DNA of 64,000 bases from a plasmid. Both the position numbers and the translations under genes were made by a program. This document shows positions 30,159 to 40,604 of the stretch, in pieces. Location of the stretch: the sequence record NZ_CP054002.1; one strand, 5' to 3'. Each line of letters begins with the position of its first letter. Positions within the stretch are counted from its first letter, which is position 1. The notes beneath the pieces are model-generated. The model worked only from the letters and a program-made list of their open reading frames with translations. It had not been told where the DNA came from and searched no databases.

Positions 30159-30485
30159 ATGGCAATGGAAAAGACACAGCGAAAACAGTCCCTAAACTGC
30201 TTGTCAAACACTCCTAAGCTGTTTGACCTAAACGAACTACTAAGCTCGCTCAAGATCACACCCGGACAAATGGAGAACATGAAAGGGTTGATATACATCG
30301 AAGGGCTGACGGAAAAGCAAGTACGCCAAAGATTAAGCCATGCAAAGATCATCAGAACAAATAAATTCGGGGTTAATTCCTGCCTGTATTATATCCTCTT
30401 TGAGGATGTAAAGGGGAGATATTTGTGCCTGTTTAACGGTGACAGGGAATGTTTCAGAGCGTTGTTTTTCAGTATTCACCTGTAA
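30159..30485 (+). CDS. 108-aa hypothetical ORF in the ermF upstream region; may be a remnant
   Basis: ORF track only; a terminator-like hairpin plus T7 run (30088..30125) lies just upstream. Confidence 0.25.
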   Translation: MAMEKTQRKQSLNCLSNTPKLFDLNELLSSLKITPGQMENMKGLIYIEGLTEKQVRQRLSHAKIIRTNKFGVNSCLYYILFEDVKGRYLCLFNGDRECFRALFFSIHL

Positions 30486-30495
30486 GAAGTTACTA

Positions 30496-31296
30496 ATGAC
30501 AAAAAAGAAATTGCCCGTTCGTTTTACGGGTCAGCACTTTACTATTGATAAAGTGCTAATAAAAGATGCAATAAGACAAGCAAATATAAGTAATCAGGAT
30601 ACGGTTTTAGATATTGGGGCAGGCAAGGGGTTTCTTACTGTTCATTTATTAAAAATCGCCAACAATGTTGTTGCTATTGAAAACGACACAGCTTTGGTTG
30701 AACATTTACGAAAATTATTTTCTGATGCCCGAAATGTTCAAGTTGTCGGTTGTGATTTTAGGAATTTTGCAGTTCCGAAATTTCCTTTCAAAGTGGTGTC
30801 AAATATTCCTTATGGCATTACTTCCGATATTTTCAAAATCCTGATGTTTGAGAGTCTTGGAAATTTTCTGGGAGGTTCCATTGTCCTTCAATTAGAACCT
30901 ACACAAAAGTTATTTTCGAGGAAGCTTTACAATCCATATACCGTTTTCTATCATACTTTTTTTGATTTGAAACTTGTCTATGAGGTAGGTCCTGAAAGTT
31001 TCTTGCCACCGCCAACTGTCAAATCAGCCCTGTTAAACATTAAAAGAAAACACTTATTTTTTGATTTTAAGTTTAAAGCCAAATACTTAGCATTTATTTC
31101 CTGTCTGTTAGAGAAACCTGATTTATCTGTAAAAACAGCTTTAAAGTCGATTTTCAGGAAAAGTCAGGTCAGGTCAATTTCGGAAAAATTCGGTTTAAAC
31201 CTTAATGCTCAAATTGTTTGTTTGTCTCCAAGTCAATGGTTAAACTGTTTTTTGGAAATGCTGGAAGTTGTCCCTGAAAAATTTCATCCTTCGTAG
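30496..31296 (+). CDS. ermF: 23S rRNA (adenine-N6) methyltransferase ErmF (MLSB resistance), 266 aa
   Basis: Protein from MTKKKLPVRFTGQHFTIDKVLIKD... matches ErmF as recalled; SAM-binding LDIGAGKG; the track start at 30439 is an in-frame upstream Met. Confidence 0.9.
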   Translation: MTKKKLPVRFTGQHFTIDKVLIKDAIRQANISNQDTVLDIGAGKGFLTVHLLKIANNVVAIENDTALVEHLRKLFSDARNVQVVGCDFRNFAVPKFPFKVVSNIPYGITSDIFKILMFESLGNFLGGSIVLQLEPTQKLFSRKLYNPYTVFYHTFFDLKLVYEVGPESFLPPPTVKSALLNIKRKHLFFDFKFKAKYLAFISCLLEKPDLSVKTALKSIFRKSQVRSISEKFGLNLNAQIVCLSPSQWLNCFLEMLEVVPEKFHPS

Positions 31297-31508
31297 TTCA
31301 AAGTCGGGTGGTTGTCAAGATGATTTTTTTGGTTTGGTGTCGTCTTTTTTTAAGCTGCCGCATAACGGCTGGCAAATTGGCGATGGAGCCGACTTTTAGC
31401 ACAAATGTTGAATAGAATTACTAATCTTCAACATTGCACAAAAGTTCAATAGAAGTACTTCACCGGCTCTATTGCCAATTTGTTTGTTATGTGCCGTTTT
31501 ATTCCATT

Positions 31509-32675
<1,167 letters not shown>

Positions 32676-33456
32676 TCAAAAATGGCCCATAACAATGGCT
32701 CGGCGAATTGGCGAAGTAGCGAAGCTGTATCGAAGATACAAAAGCGGAGCTATTTAGCCAAGTCGCTTGTTGTAAGCAGTCCGCGAAGCGGCGGCTTACG
32801 GCAAGCGACGTAAGTCGCCGAGCCATTGTTAGCAAGGAGCGCAGCGGATTGCTAACAACGGTTTGCAGCTATACGCAGGCAGGGATTTTTACCACTAAGC
32901 TACCTACGATGAACTGAACTTTAAATTTACCACTTTCCTGTCTTACGAAGCACGAACCCCCTGCTTGCGTATAGGTGATGTTATGCGGTCGGCTTTCATT
33001 TTCTCTTCTTTCTCGTTAATTTGTCAAGCAAAGTTACTAAATTTGCAGTCAAGCAATTTCAATTTTTGAATTATGTATTTCAGCAGACCTTGGACTTCTA
33101 TCTAAGTGATAGGCAGTCCTGAATAAATTCCAATCAATCTTTTAGGGCAAGACAATCAGTCTATGCTTTGTGTGTGCTGTCATTTTTTTTGATGGCATTG
33201 CTTTGTCGTAGTTGCTCTGTCGGGTAATACTGTCTATTCACTTCTCTGTGATTTGAATTCAAGGTATTACTAAATTAACCCCCTATAAGATAGAATTGTA
33301 AAGTTCTTTTCATCCGCAAAATGGAATGAATAGAACGTAATATTCATATTGTTAAAATCTATTAACGGGGGGGGGTAAATTCTAATTTGTATTTCTACAT
33401 GCTTTGAATAATAAAATATATACATATTTTTGAACCATTAAAATATAAACTTTATC

Positions 33457-33657
33457 ATGGAAAAAGCAAATATAGGATTTAAAGCCGGGATCATCTTAGA
33501 AAAATTAGGCGAAACCGGACTTATAACCATTGCCGAGCTTGCGAGAAGGCTAAATCTTGCGGCTGATGAAACCGCACTCGCCGCCGGGTGGCTCGCACGT
33601 GAGAATAAGATATACATCGAACGGCGAAACGGTTTGCTGTATATCAGGAAAGAGTGA
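33457..33657 (+). CDS. small winged-HTH-like DNA-binding protein (66 aa)
   Basis: Paralog of the next ORF (shared ...A(L/S)A(A/I)GWLARE(N/D)KI...). Confidence 0.4.
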   Translation: MEKANIGFKAGIILEKLGETGLITIAELARRLNLAADETALAAGWLARENKIYIERRNGLLYIRKE

Positions 33658-33779
33658 TACAACGTATCAAAAGGATAAACGATAAACGCTGGAATGTTTG
33701 CAGTGCGTAACACTATTGATGTAAAAGTGCTTTTCATTATCCATTTGAAACCATTTATAAACTTATAAAAAATACAGGT

Positions 33780-34016
33780 ATGGATAAGCACATCATCAGA
33801 GAGAACGCAGGGAAACTCTGGCGCTTATTAAGCACAGACGTACACCGGAAATGGAATTTGCAGGAAGTAAAGGAATTGACAGGGTTCAATGATCTGGAAG
33901 TCGCCAGTGCGATAGGCTGGCTCGCTCGTGAGGACAAGATTCAATTCGAGCTTGAACACCACGACACTAAGGATAAGAACGCATTACTATACCTTATGTT
34001 GAACGTCTATTTCTAA
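33780..34016 (+). CDS. small winged-HTH-like DNA-binding protein (78 aa), tandem paralog
   Basis: See previous feature. Confidence 0.4.
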   Translation: MDKHIIRENAGKLWRLLSTDVHRKWNLQEVKELTGFNDLEVASAIGWLAREDKIQFELEHHDTKDKNALLYLMLNVYF

Positions 34017-34039
34017 ACACCTCCCTTTGAATTGTAAAA

Positions 34040-34084
34040 GCCTCCGGCGGGGTTTTCGCCGGGGGGCTTCTTGCATTTGCATAT
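34040..34084 (+). repeat. 45-bp direct repeat, copy 1 (GCCTCCGGCGGGGTTTTCGCCGGGGGGCTTCTTGCATTTGCATAT)
   Basis: Identical copy at 35384..35428; contains a GC hairpin CCGGCG-N7-CGCCGG. Confidence 0.75.
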
Positions 34085-34360
34085 ATAACCTCAAAGGCAA
34101 GTCAAATCGGACGGGGTGGCGGTCGGACGGCTGAAAAGTCGAAAACGTAACACAGGCGTGTTACTACTTGTCTTTGACAAGGCATTTTTTAGGGGTGCTG
34201 GCATACAATCCGAAAGGGGCGGGAACGGCTGTTCCCGTTTGTTCTCCCTGCAACCTACAGGATATTAACCTTAAATCATTAAGTGATAAACACTATATTT
34301 AATAACCCCTTTTAGCCAACAAATTGTTATCTTTGCGTAGGGTAAACAAAAAATAAGCTT

Positions 34361-34804
34361 ATGAAAACTGCTATGGAAAAAAAAGAAACCGGCTTAATGA
34401 GACAGATCGGTTATCTCTCTTTTGTCGTTGTTTTGTTGTATGGGCTTACGCTATTTGCGGTTTCTTGTGACAATGATGAAGATCCTCCTCTTCCTCCCGC
34501 AGTGGAAAAAGTAGTGCTGGCATTTGGTGTGGATCAGGGTGAAGGTCAGCTTTCGGCTAAACCGGAGTTGGAAAATACGGCTGCGGAAAAGATAGGAGAA
34601 TTGATCTCTCCGGCTGAAATAGCGAAAGGCACAACGGTGCATTTTCGTGCTACCCATTCCAAATCATGGACAATCATGTATTGGAAAGTCAATGGCGTCA
34701 TTATTCGTTCTGTGGAGCCGGAGCAGACTTTCGTCATCGATGAGCATAAGGAGGTTCGGGTTGCTTTCAAGCCTTACAAGTCACCGGAACCGGAGGGGCT
34801 GTAA
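34361..34804 (+). CDS. lipoprotein (147 aa)
   Basis: TM or signal segment plus Cys (FAVSCDNDED). Confidence 0.45.
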   Translation: MKTAMEKKETGLMRQIGYLSFVVVLLYGLTLFAVSCDNDEDPPLPPAVEKVVLAFGVDQGEGQLSAKPELENTAAEKIGELISPAEIAKGTTVHFRATHSKSWTIMYWKVNGVIIRSVEPEQTFVIDEHKEVRVAFKPYKSPEPEGL

Positions 34805-34886
34805 AACAAACTGTGTCAGCAAAGCAATAAAATATTAATTTTGCTGACACAGTTTAATTGAATTCTCTTTTTGCTGTTCATTTGCT

Positions 34887-35192
34887 TTATTTCAGGACTT
34901 CGCCCTTCTCGTTGAAGAACACTTCGCTGTCCGTGCCTTCTGCATCGGTAAATGTCACCTTGTAGGTCTTTGTGCCTTCCTCGCTTTCCTCAACTGCGGC
35001 TTCCTTGATTGTCAGGTCTGCGAAATCCTTCTTGATCGTGTCCTGAACCGCCTGCGGCAGATCCTTTACCTCGATTGGCTTATAATCGTTCACCATTACC
35101 ACAATCTCAACATCCGATACCATGTTGCCGGCGAATGCCACTGAACTACCCAATCCCATAACAAGTGCTACTGCAAATAATACCTTTTTCAT
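34887..35192 (-). CDS. secreted small protein, PepSY-like fold candidate (101 aa)
   Basis: Signal peptide MKKVLFAVALVMGLGSSVAFA; short beta-rich body. Confidence 0.45.
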   Translation of the reverse strand: MKKVLFAVALVMGLGSSVAFAGNMVSDVEIVVMVNDYKPIEVKDLPQAVQDTIKKDFADLTIKEAAVEESEEGTKTYKVTFTDAEGTDSEVFFNEKGEVLK

Positions 35193-35383
35193 AATCCAAT
35201 CTATTTAAATATTTAACATATGGTTTCTGAAAGACAAAGAACAAACATTGTGCCAAACAAACAAACAAGTCATATATACCTGATAATCAAAAGCATACAA
35301 AAAACACATATATTTATTGAAGAACTGTTATCTGTGTATCATTTCCACATTTTGTGGAAACGATACACAGACTTTCTACAATT

Positions 35384-35428
35384 GCCTCCGGCGGGGTTTT
35401 CGCCGGGGGGCTTCTTGCATTTGCATAT
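35384..35428 (+). repeat. 45-bp direct repeat, copy 2
   Basis: Identical to 34040..34084. Confidence 0.75.
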
Positions 35429-35842
35429 CTATCAAAAAGAAAGCAATATCGGAGCGTTACACCATAAAAACAGCTAGCCGGTTATTACAAAATGATATTG
35501 CCACAGTTGAGCATAAGGACAGGTCCAGCTATAAAATGGAGTAGGAGAGTAGCAAAATGATATTTATGTTTTAGGCGTTCCCTTCGGTCAGGCTTTCCGC
35601 TTCTACATGGTAAACGCTTCAATCCTTAACGCATAATGCCCACCCACCCGAATAAGGTAGGCTATTTTCCGATTGATCGGTTCGGTGAGCCATCCGGTAA
35701 ACCGAATGACTTTCACCGATCCGAACAGTCGGAAAAGGAGTACCCGGAATAAACCTTTCCGGCTGATAGGTGCAAGCACTTACCAGCTGGAAAGATATAT
35801 TCCTGCATGGGTACTCCGGTAGCCGGTTGTTTGATCCCGTTA

Positions 35843-36766
35843 TTATACTTTCGGAAAAAATCTGTGTTTAGATACTTTTTCTGTGTTTAATCCTAGTTCT
35901 TTGCTATCGCTTTGGGCTAGTTTGATGTTGCTTAATCCGGGAGCATCAGAGGGCAGACCGAAGATCTTCTGGACTGCTATCATCGTTGGAGCCGGTGCGG
36001 ATCCTTTCAGGTTGTTTATCGCTTCCGGAGAAGGGATATATCCTTCATCCTTTAGGAAAGAGATCTGTGCAAAGTCATTTTTTTTTATGGCAAGAAAAAA
36101 GTCTTTTTCTTTTAGATATTGATCTACCATTTCTTTTAAATCATCTTTTACTAATGACCAGTAGTTACCCTTGAAGCAATCTATTCCTTCAGGTGATTCT
36201 TTTACAGAATCTATTTTTTGAAACCCATTTAATATACCTTCCTCTGTAACACTCCATTCGTTCCTTTTTATTCCCCAGTCGATCATATCTTTGAATGAAT
36301 ATTTTTCATTTAGTTCGTGGATATCCCAAAAGTCTTTTTGTCTTGGTTCTTCTTCTGTAATGGCAGATAGTTTCATGGCTGCTATTTCCCGTATGTCTGC
36401 TATTCGTATGTGGTCGATTTCTTGTATGGGGAAAATAAATTTTTCAGTATAGAAAAAATCGACTTTAATTTTGTCTATAGGGGAGTCCCCCATGTATAGT
36501 GTATATCCTAAAGCTGATGTGTCCAGAGAATCTGTATTCTCGGAATATGGAAAACTCCTTTGAATAAACTCTTTCATTTCTTTTGTATTCATGGTTCCAT
36601 AATCTATATCAGTGAATAAATCTATGTCAATAGATCTTCGATGTCCTAGTTGTAGGCTCAAACAGGTTCCACCTATAAGCGTGAAATCTTTAAAAATAGG
36701 ACTATTGACCAGCTTTTGCAGAGTTTCTTTTAATAAAGGAGAAACAGTTTCATAATGTAAGTTCAT
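35843..36766 (-). CDS. AbiEii/DUF1814-type nucleotidyltransferase fused to the shared C-terminal module (307 aa)
   Basis: NTase motifs LIGGTCLSLQLGHRRSIDIDLF; C-terminal ...KKNDFAQISFLKDEGYIPSPEAINNLKGSAPAPTMIAVQKIFGLPSDAPGLSNIKLAQ... Confidence 0.65.
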   Translation of the reverse strand: MNLHYETVSPLLKETLQKLVNSPIFKDFTLIGGTCLSLQLGHRRSIDIDLFTDIDYGTMNTKEMKEFIQRSFPYSENTDSLDTSALGYTLYMGDSPIDKIKVDFFYTEKFIFPIQEIDHIRIADIREIAAMKLSAITEEEPRQKDFWDIHELNEKYSFKDMIDWGIKRNEWSVTEEGILNGFQKIDSVKESPEGIDCFKGNYWSLVKDDLKEMVDQYLKEKDFFLAIKKNDFAQISFLKDEGYIPSPEAINNLKGSAPAPTMIAVQKIFGLPSDAPGLSNIKLAQSDSKELGLNTEKVSKHRFFPKV

Positions 36767-37311
36767 AGAATGTATTTTTGATAGTTATCGTTTCTTGTGT
36801 TACTATTCCATTTGTTTTTTATGTTGGGAATGACTTGTTTTATGGTTTCTATTCCATAGAACCGAATAATCTCCTTGATCTCGATATCGTTGCCATATTC
36901 AAAAGCCCGTTGTATAACCCATTCCTTGTTCCTTATCCAATTTATCTTATCTATTCGTGTGTCCCAAAATAATCCTTTACTTAGTTTAGATAAGTCAGGA
37001 TGTTTCTTTCGCTCTTCTTTCATTATGAAGGTATATATGTCATGGTTGGCTTGTATTTTAAAGAAAAAGCCTTCAATGTTTATGTTTAACGCTTTTTCTA
37101 TTGAAATGGAGGCTTTTATAGTGAATTTTCGTTCCCCTTTTATATAGTCACAAATACGTTGCGGATATTCATTTGACATATGCGCTAACTTTTTTTGAGA
37201 TATATTCCTTTTTTTAAGGATTACATCCAATATCTTACCTGCCGGAACATCTTCCATTGACAAGTATTTTTCATATTTTATATTCATAGGACTATAATTT
37301 TGTTTTGGCAA
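36763..37311 (-). CDS. HTH (XRE-like) protein, putative cognate antitoxin or regulator of the downstream NTase (182 aa)
   Basis: HTH ...ISQKKLAHMSNEYPQRICDYI...; 4-bp overlap with the NTase gene. Confidence 0.5.
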   Translation of the reverse strand: MPKQNYSPMNIKYEKYLSMEDVPAGKILDVILKKRNISQKKLAHMSNEYPQRICDYIKGERKFTIKASISIEKALNINIEGFFFKIQANHDIYTFIMKEERKKHPDLSKLSKGLFWDTRIDKINWIRNKEWVIQRAFEYGNDIEIKEIIRFYGIETIKQVIPNIKNKWNSNTRNDNYQKYIL

Positions 37312-37365
37312 AAATAATGACTCTTAATACAATAACCAAATTTGGTTATTGTTATTTTGGAAAAA

Positions 37366-38643
37366 TTATAATGCCTGCTCAATATTTTTCCCGATTGTTT
37401 GCCTATCATTTTGGGCTAGCTTTATGTCGCTTAGTCCGGGAGTATCAGAGAGCAGACCGAAGATCTTCTGGACTGCTATCATCGTTGGAGCCGGTGCGGA
37501 TCCTTTCAGTTCGTCTATTATTTTAGGGGAAGGGATATACCCTTCATCCTTCAGCCCGGCGATCCGGGTAAAATCGTTTTTTTTTATGGCATCTTGGAAC
37601 TCACATTCCTTGCCTTTTGATATGGATGCTTGTAGATCATCGTTCCAATCACTGTTTACCGATAACTCCACGTTAGGCAGTTGAAGAACTTTATCCTTCA
37701 GTTCTTCAACTGGCAGACCTTCAATATTGGGTAACTCTTGACCTTTTAAGAATGTATCTAGCTTCAGCGCATATTTATAGCCGTTGCTATCATTGTCAAA
37801 TATATAAGTAACCTGATCGGTTATATTATTAATATTTTGCTTTGACAGGAGCAGCTTTATAACGCCCATTTGTCCCTGTGTGATGTTCCCTTCAGTGCTG
37901 ATATATAAGATGTTCTTTTCGGTATTCAGAAGCTTCATTTGATAATGGGACGCAGCATCGATCATGCTTTCACTGATATATATATGCTCTATTGGTCTTG
38001 TCTTGTCATGCTTAGACACTACGATACTATCGTATTTGTTGCCTGATATGCCTTTGAAGCTCTTGCCGTCTTCAGGTCTTATCCCCCTTTGGGAAATACC
38101 CTGAAAGCCGTTTTGGTTAATAAGTCTGGTACAGGTATTATTATAGACTTTTCCATCTTTCCGGTGTTCCCTAGAGGTGAATACCCCGGAAAATACCGGT
38201 GAAGATAGTGTATCTTGAGTAATTCCTCTCTTTTGCAAGAAATCCCCTTGATAGGGTTTCAGTTGGCTGTTCAGGAACGCCAGCTGATTAGGATCTAGTT
38301 TTGCGTTGCTAACTCCAAACCGGCTATCTTGAGATAATACGACTTCTTTATTGTTTACATAGTTCTGAACGGCTTCCCCGGCTTCTCGCAGGCTAGGCAT
38401 TCTCCCGGTCTGGTCGTAGATATGCTTCTGCATTAGATCTATGATAGTCTTTCCTCGTGCTTCTCCGTGAACGTCCCAATAGGTATAGTAATCCTTACTA
38501 TTCTTCTTGATAATAACGGTATCGGATCCGTTGCTCATCTTAGGGGACGAGTTGGAAGATCCGGAAACAAACTTCCAGCCTAAATAGAGAAAAAACTCCG
38601 GAAGGGAAACATCCCTTTTCAGTTTGTCAAAGTCTACTTTCAT
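37366..38643 (-). CDS. Toprim-domain protein (primase/topoisomerase-like) fused to the shared C-terminal module (425 aa)
   Basis: Toprim-like acidic motifs (YISESMIDAAS ... IFDNDSNGYKYA); C-terminal ...KKNDFTRIAGLKDEGYIPSPKIIDELKGSAPAPTMIAVQKIFGLLSDTPGLSDIKLAQ. Confidence 0.6.
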   Translation of the reverse strand: MKVDFDKLKRDVSLPEFFLYLGWKFVSGSSNSSPKMSNGSDTVIIKKNSKDYYTYWDVHGEARGKTIIDLMQKHIYDQTGRMPSLREAGEAVQNYVNNKEVVLSQDSRFGVSNAKLDPNQLAFLNSQLKPYQGDFLQKRGITQDTLSSPVFSGVFTSREHRKDGKVYNNTCTRLINQNGFQGISQRGIRPEDGKSFKGISGNKYDSIVVSKHDKTRPIEHIYISESMIDAASHYQMKLLNTEKNILYISTEGNITQGQMGVIKLLLSKQNINNITDQVTYIFDNDSNGYKYALKLDTFLKGQELPNIEGLPVEELKDKVLQLPNVELSVNSDWNDDLQASISKGKECEFQDAIKKNDFTRIAGLKDEGYIPSPKIIDELKGSAPAPTMIAVQKIFGLLSDTPGLSDIKLAQNDRQTIGKNIEQAL

Positions 38644-38647
38644 AACG

Positions 38648-39865
38648 TCAGATTTTTAGGTTATTACTTTTATCTTTACCTAGCCCTACATTATCGCTTT
38701 GGGCTAGTTTGATGTTGCTTAATCCGGGAGCGTCAGAGGACAGACCGAAGATCTTCTGGACTGCTATCATTGTTGGAGCCGGTGCGGATTTTTTCAGCTC
38801 GTCTATTATTTTAGGGGAAGGGATATACCCTTCATCCTTCAGCCCGGCGATCCGGGTAAAATCGTTTTTTTTTATTGAATCTGAAAAAATAGAATCGGTT
38901 ATTTGTTGCTGTGTTCTTATGATGATAGGATGATCCTGTATGTTATTCAGGATCTCCTTATCAGAAAACAAAAGATCCGGCTTATATTTCCCAGCGTAGA
39001 AGTTTGACAGGTACAGTTCCTCTGAAGGCTCTAATTTCATTAGCGAAGATACGAAATCAGCCACCTTATCGTTGATCTCCTGCATGGGATATTTTCCGCT
39101 GTTGGTATGCATCATCGGAAGTAGCTGCTGCCTTATCTCCGTAAAGGTCACATTCTCTATGCTTTGTTTTGGATCAGCCTTTAACATTTCCTTATTCTCC
39201 GGATTGCCAAGAGAAGAGTAAAAAACAATGGATTTCCTTAAAAGATCCCTTTCTTCTTTGCTCGTCAATATATCAGAGGATGCAAGGGAGAAGAGGTCAT
39301 ATATATCTCTAGGCTTACATCTTTCATAGAACGCCTTTATCTTTCCTGCAAACAATTCGATAGGATTGACGTAGTTTACTACAAATGAAGTCTTGTTCTC
39401 TCTGATGAAGGGAAACTCAATAGATTTAACTTCCGGTTTGAATATATGGGATCGATTATGATAGTTTATATCTAGTTTTATCTTATCTCCGCTTCCTGTC
39501 ACCGTATTATAGTGCAAAGAGAGAGAATCTAGGGTAAAATTACTTCTTTCGGTCTTCCTATACCCGTTCTGCTGGAAATAGCTATCTAAAGCCTTGTTGA
39601 TTTGTTCTCTCTCCGCTAACATATCCTCTTTAGATACGTTTTTAGAGAAATCAAGATCCAGATCGACAGAAAGCCGGGGAAGATCGAAAACAAGCAGGTT
39701 TATAGCCGTTCCCCCCTTCAGTAACAATTTACCGCTAAACTCCGGCTGATTGTTAAGGTCATTGAGGATATTGGATAATCGCATAACTTTCTCTATTCCA
39801 GCAACCGTAAAATTATTTTCTTTTGCTAGTCTAGTGATTTCTTCTTGTGTATAATCAAAACTCAT
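38648..39865 (-). CDS. AbiEii-type nucleotidyltransferase toxin-like protein fused to the shared C-terminal module (405 aa)
   Basis: LKGGTAINLL...RLSVDLDLDF NTase signature; same C-terminal module. Confidence 0.65.
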   Translation of the reverse strand: MSFDYTQEEITRLAKENNFTVAGIEKVMRLSNILNDLNNQPEFSGKLLLKGGTAINLLVFDLPRLSVDLDLDFSKNVSKEDMLAEREQINKALDSYFQQNGYRKTERSNFTLDSLSLHYNTVTGSGDKIKLDINYHNRSHIFKPEVKSIEFPFIRENKTSFVVNYVNPIELFAGKIKAFYERCKPRDIYDLFSLASSDILTSKEERDLLRKSIVFYSSLGNPENKEMLKADPKQSIENVTFTEIRQQLLPMMHTNSGKYPMQEINDKVADFVSSLMKLEPSEELYLSNFYAGKYKPDLLFSDKEILNNIQDHPIIIRTQQQITDSIFSDSIKKNDFTRIAGLKDEGYIPSPKIIDELKKSAPAPTMIAVQKIFGLSSDAPGLSNIKLAQSDNVGLGKDKSNNLKI

Positions 39866-40604
39866 AATATACTCCTTTCTCTATTTCTTTCATTACATCT
39901 TTAGGCGCACATACATTCCATTCCTTGAAATAGGTATCACAACGGGAAGGATTTGTAAGGTAACTTGTTGTATTACCCATCTTCTTTTTACATACATCGA
40001 AGAACATATCCGATAGGTTTAGTTGTTCCTGAAGCTGGGACAGGATGAATCCTGTACGTTGATACAGGCTTTTCTTTTGGTATAGCTTCAGGCATTCTAA
40101 CATATCTTCTTCTATTACGGAATCCGGATCAACCTCGATTAAGGCAAATAACAGTTCTTCAATGCCACCGGCTAAGCCTATATTGTTTAAGCAGTCAATT
40201 ATGGTTTGGCTGATTGATGTAACCGTGATAGGATAGCCGGTATCTTTTTTTGTAACCAATGGTTTGTATATAAACTGCAAAGGCTTATATACATAACGCT
40301 GGTTCAGGTACTCAAAAGACCGGAAGGGAGTAGAACTGTGCACATAAAGCCAGTTAAATTCCTGTGTCTGTAACATATAGAACTCTAATGCAGAATGATA
40401 AGCTAGGCAACCATTATCAACGGAATTGCAAGCTATCTGATACTTGTTCTGTATGTTAGCCGGCAAATATACTCCCCGGCGAATATGTGATAACAAACCT
40501 CGCTTTTTCCAGTTGTAAAGACGGGATTTCATGGTGTTATATCCTACTGGTTGATCTATGCTTATCATGCCTGTTTCTTTATATTTAGATATTATATTAC
40601 TCAT
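39855..40604 (-). CDS. AbiEi-like antitoxin/transcriptional regulator (249 aa)
   Basis: Directly upstream of the NTase gene and overlapping it by 11 bp, as in abiEi-abiEii operons. Confidence 0.5.
   Translation of the reverse strand: MSNIISKYKETGMISIDQPVGYNTMKSRLYNWKKRGLLSHIRRGVYLPANIQNKYQIACNSVDNGCLAYHSALEFYMLQTQEFNWLYVHSSTPFRSFEYLNQRYVYKPLQFIYKPLVTKKDTGYPITVTSISQTIIDCLNNIGLAGGIEELLFALIEVDPDSVIEEDMLECLKLYQKKSLYQRTGFILSQLQEQLNLSDMFFDVCKKKMGNTTSYLTNPSRCDTYFKEWNVCAPKDVMKEIEKGVYYEF

Noticed and set aside
29975-30352. ORFs 29975..30217 (+) and 30002..30352 (-) in the ermF leader
   Set aside because: They overlap each other and the hairpin/terminator-like leader. Composition (Arg/Cys-rich) is typical of out-of-frame read-through.
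32860-32960. tRNA gene (D-loop-like GGTAGCTTAGTGG and T-loop-like GGGGGTTCG on the minus strand)
   Set aside because: A cloverleaf could not be assembled, and the acceptor and anticodon stems do not pair. At best it is a degenerate fragment.
35220-35544. ORFs 35220..35477 and 35317..35544
   Set aside because: They overlap the 45-bp repeat and the promoter region of the secreted-protein gene. No RBS or conservation support.
36778-37147. Plus-strand ORFs 36778..36972 and 36875..37147
   Set aside because: Antisense within the HTH-protein gene.
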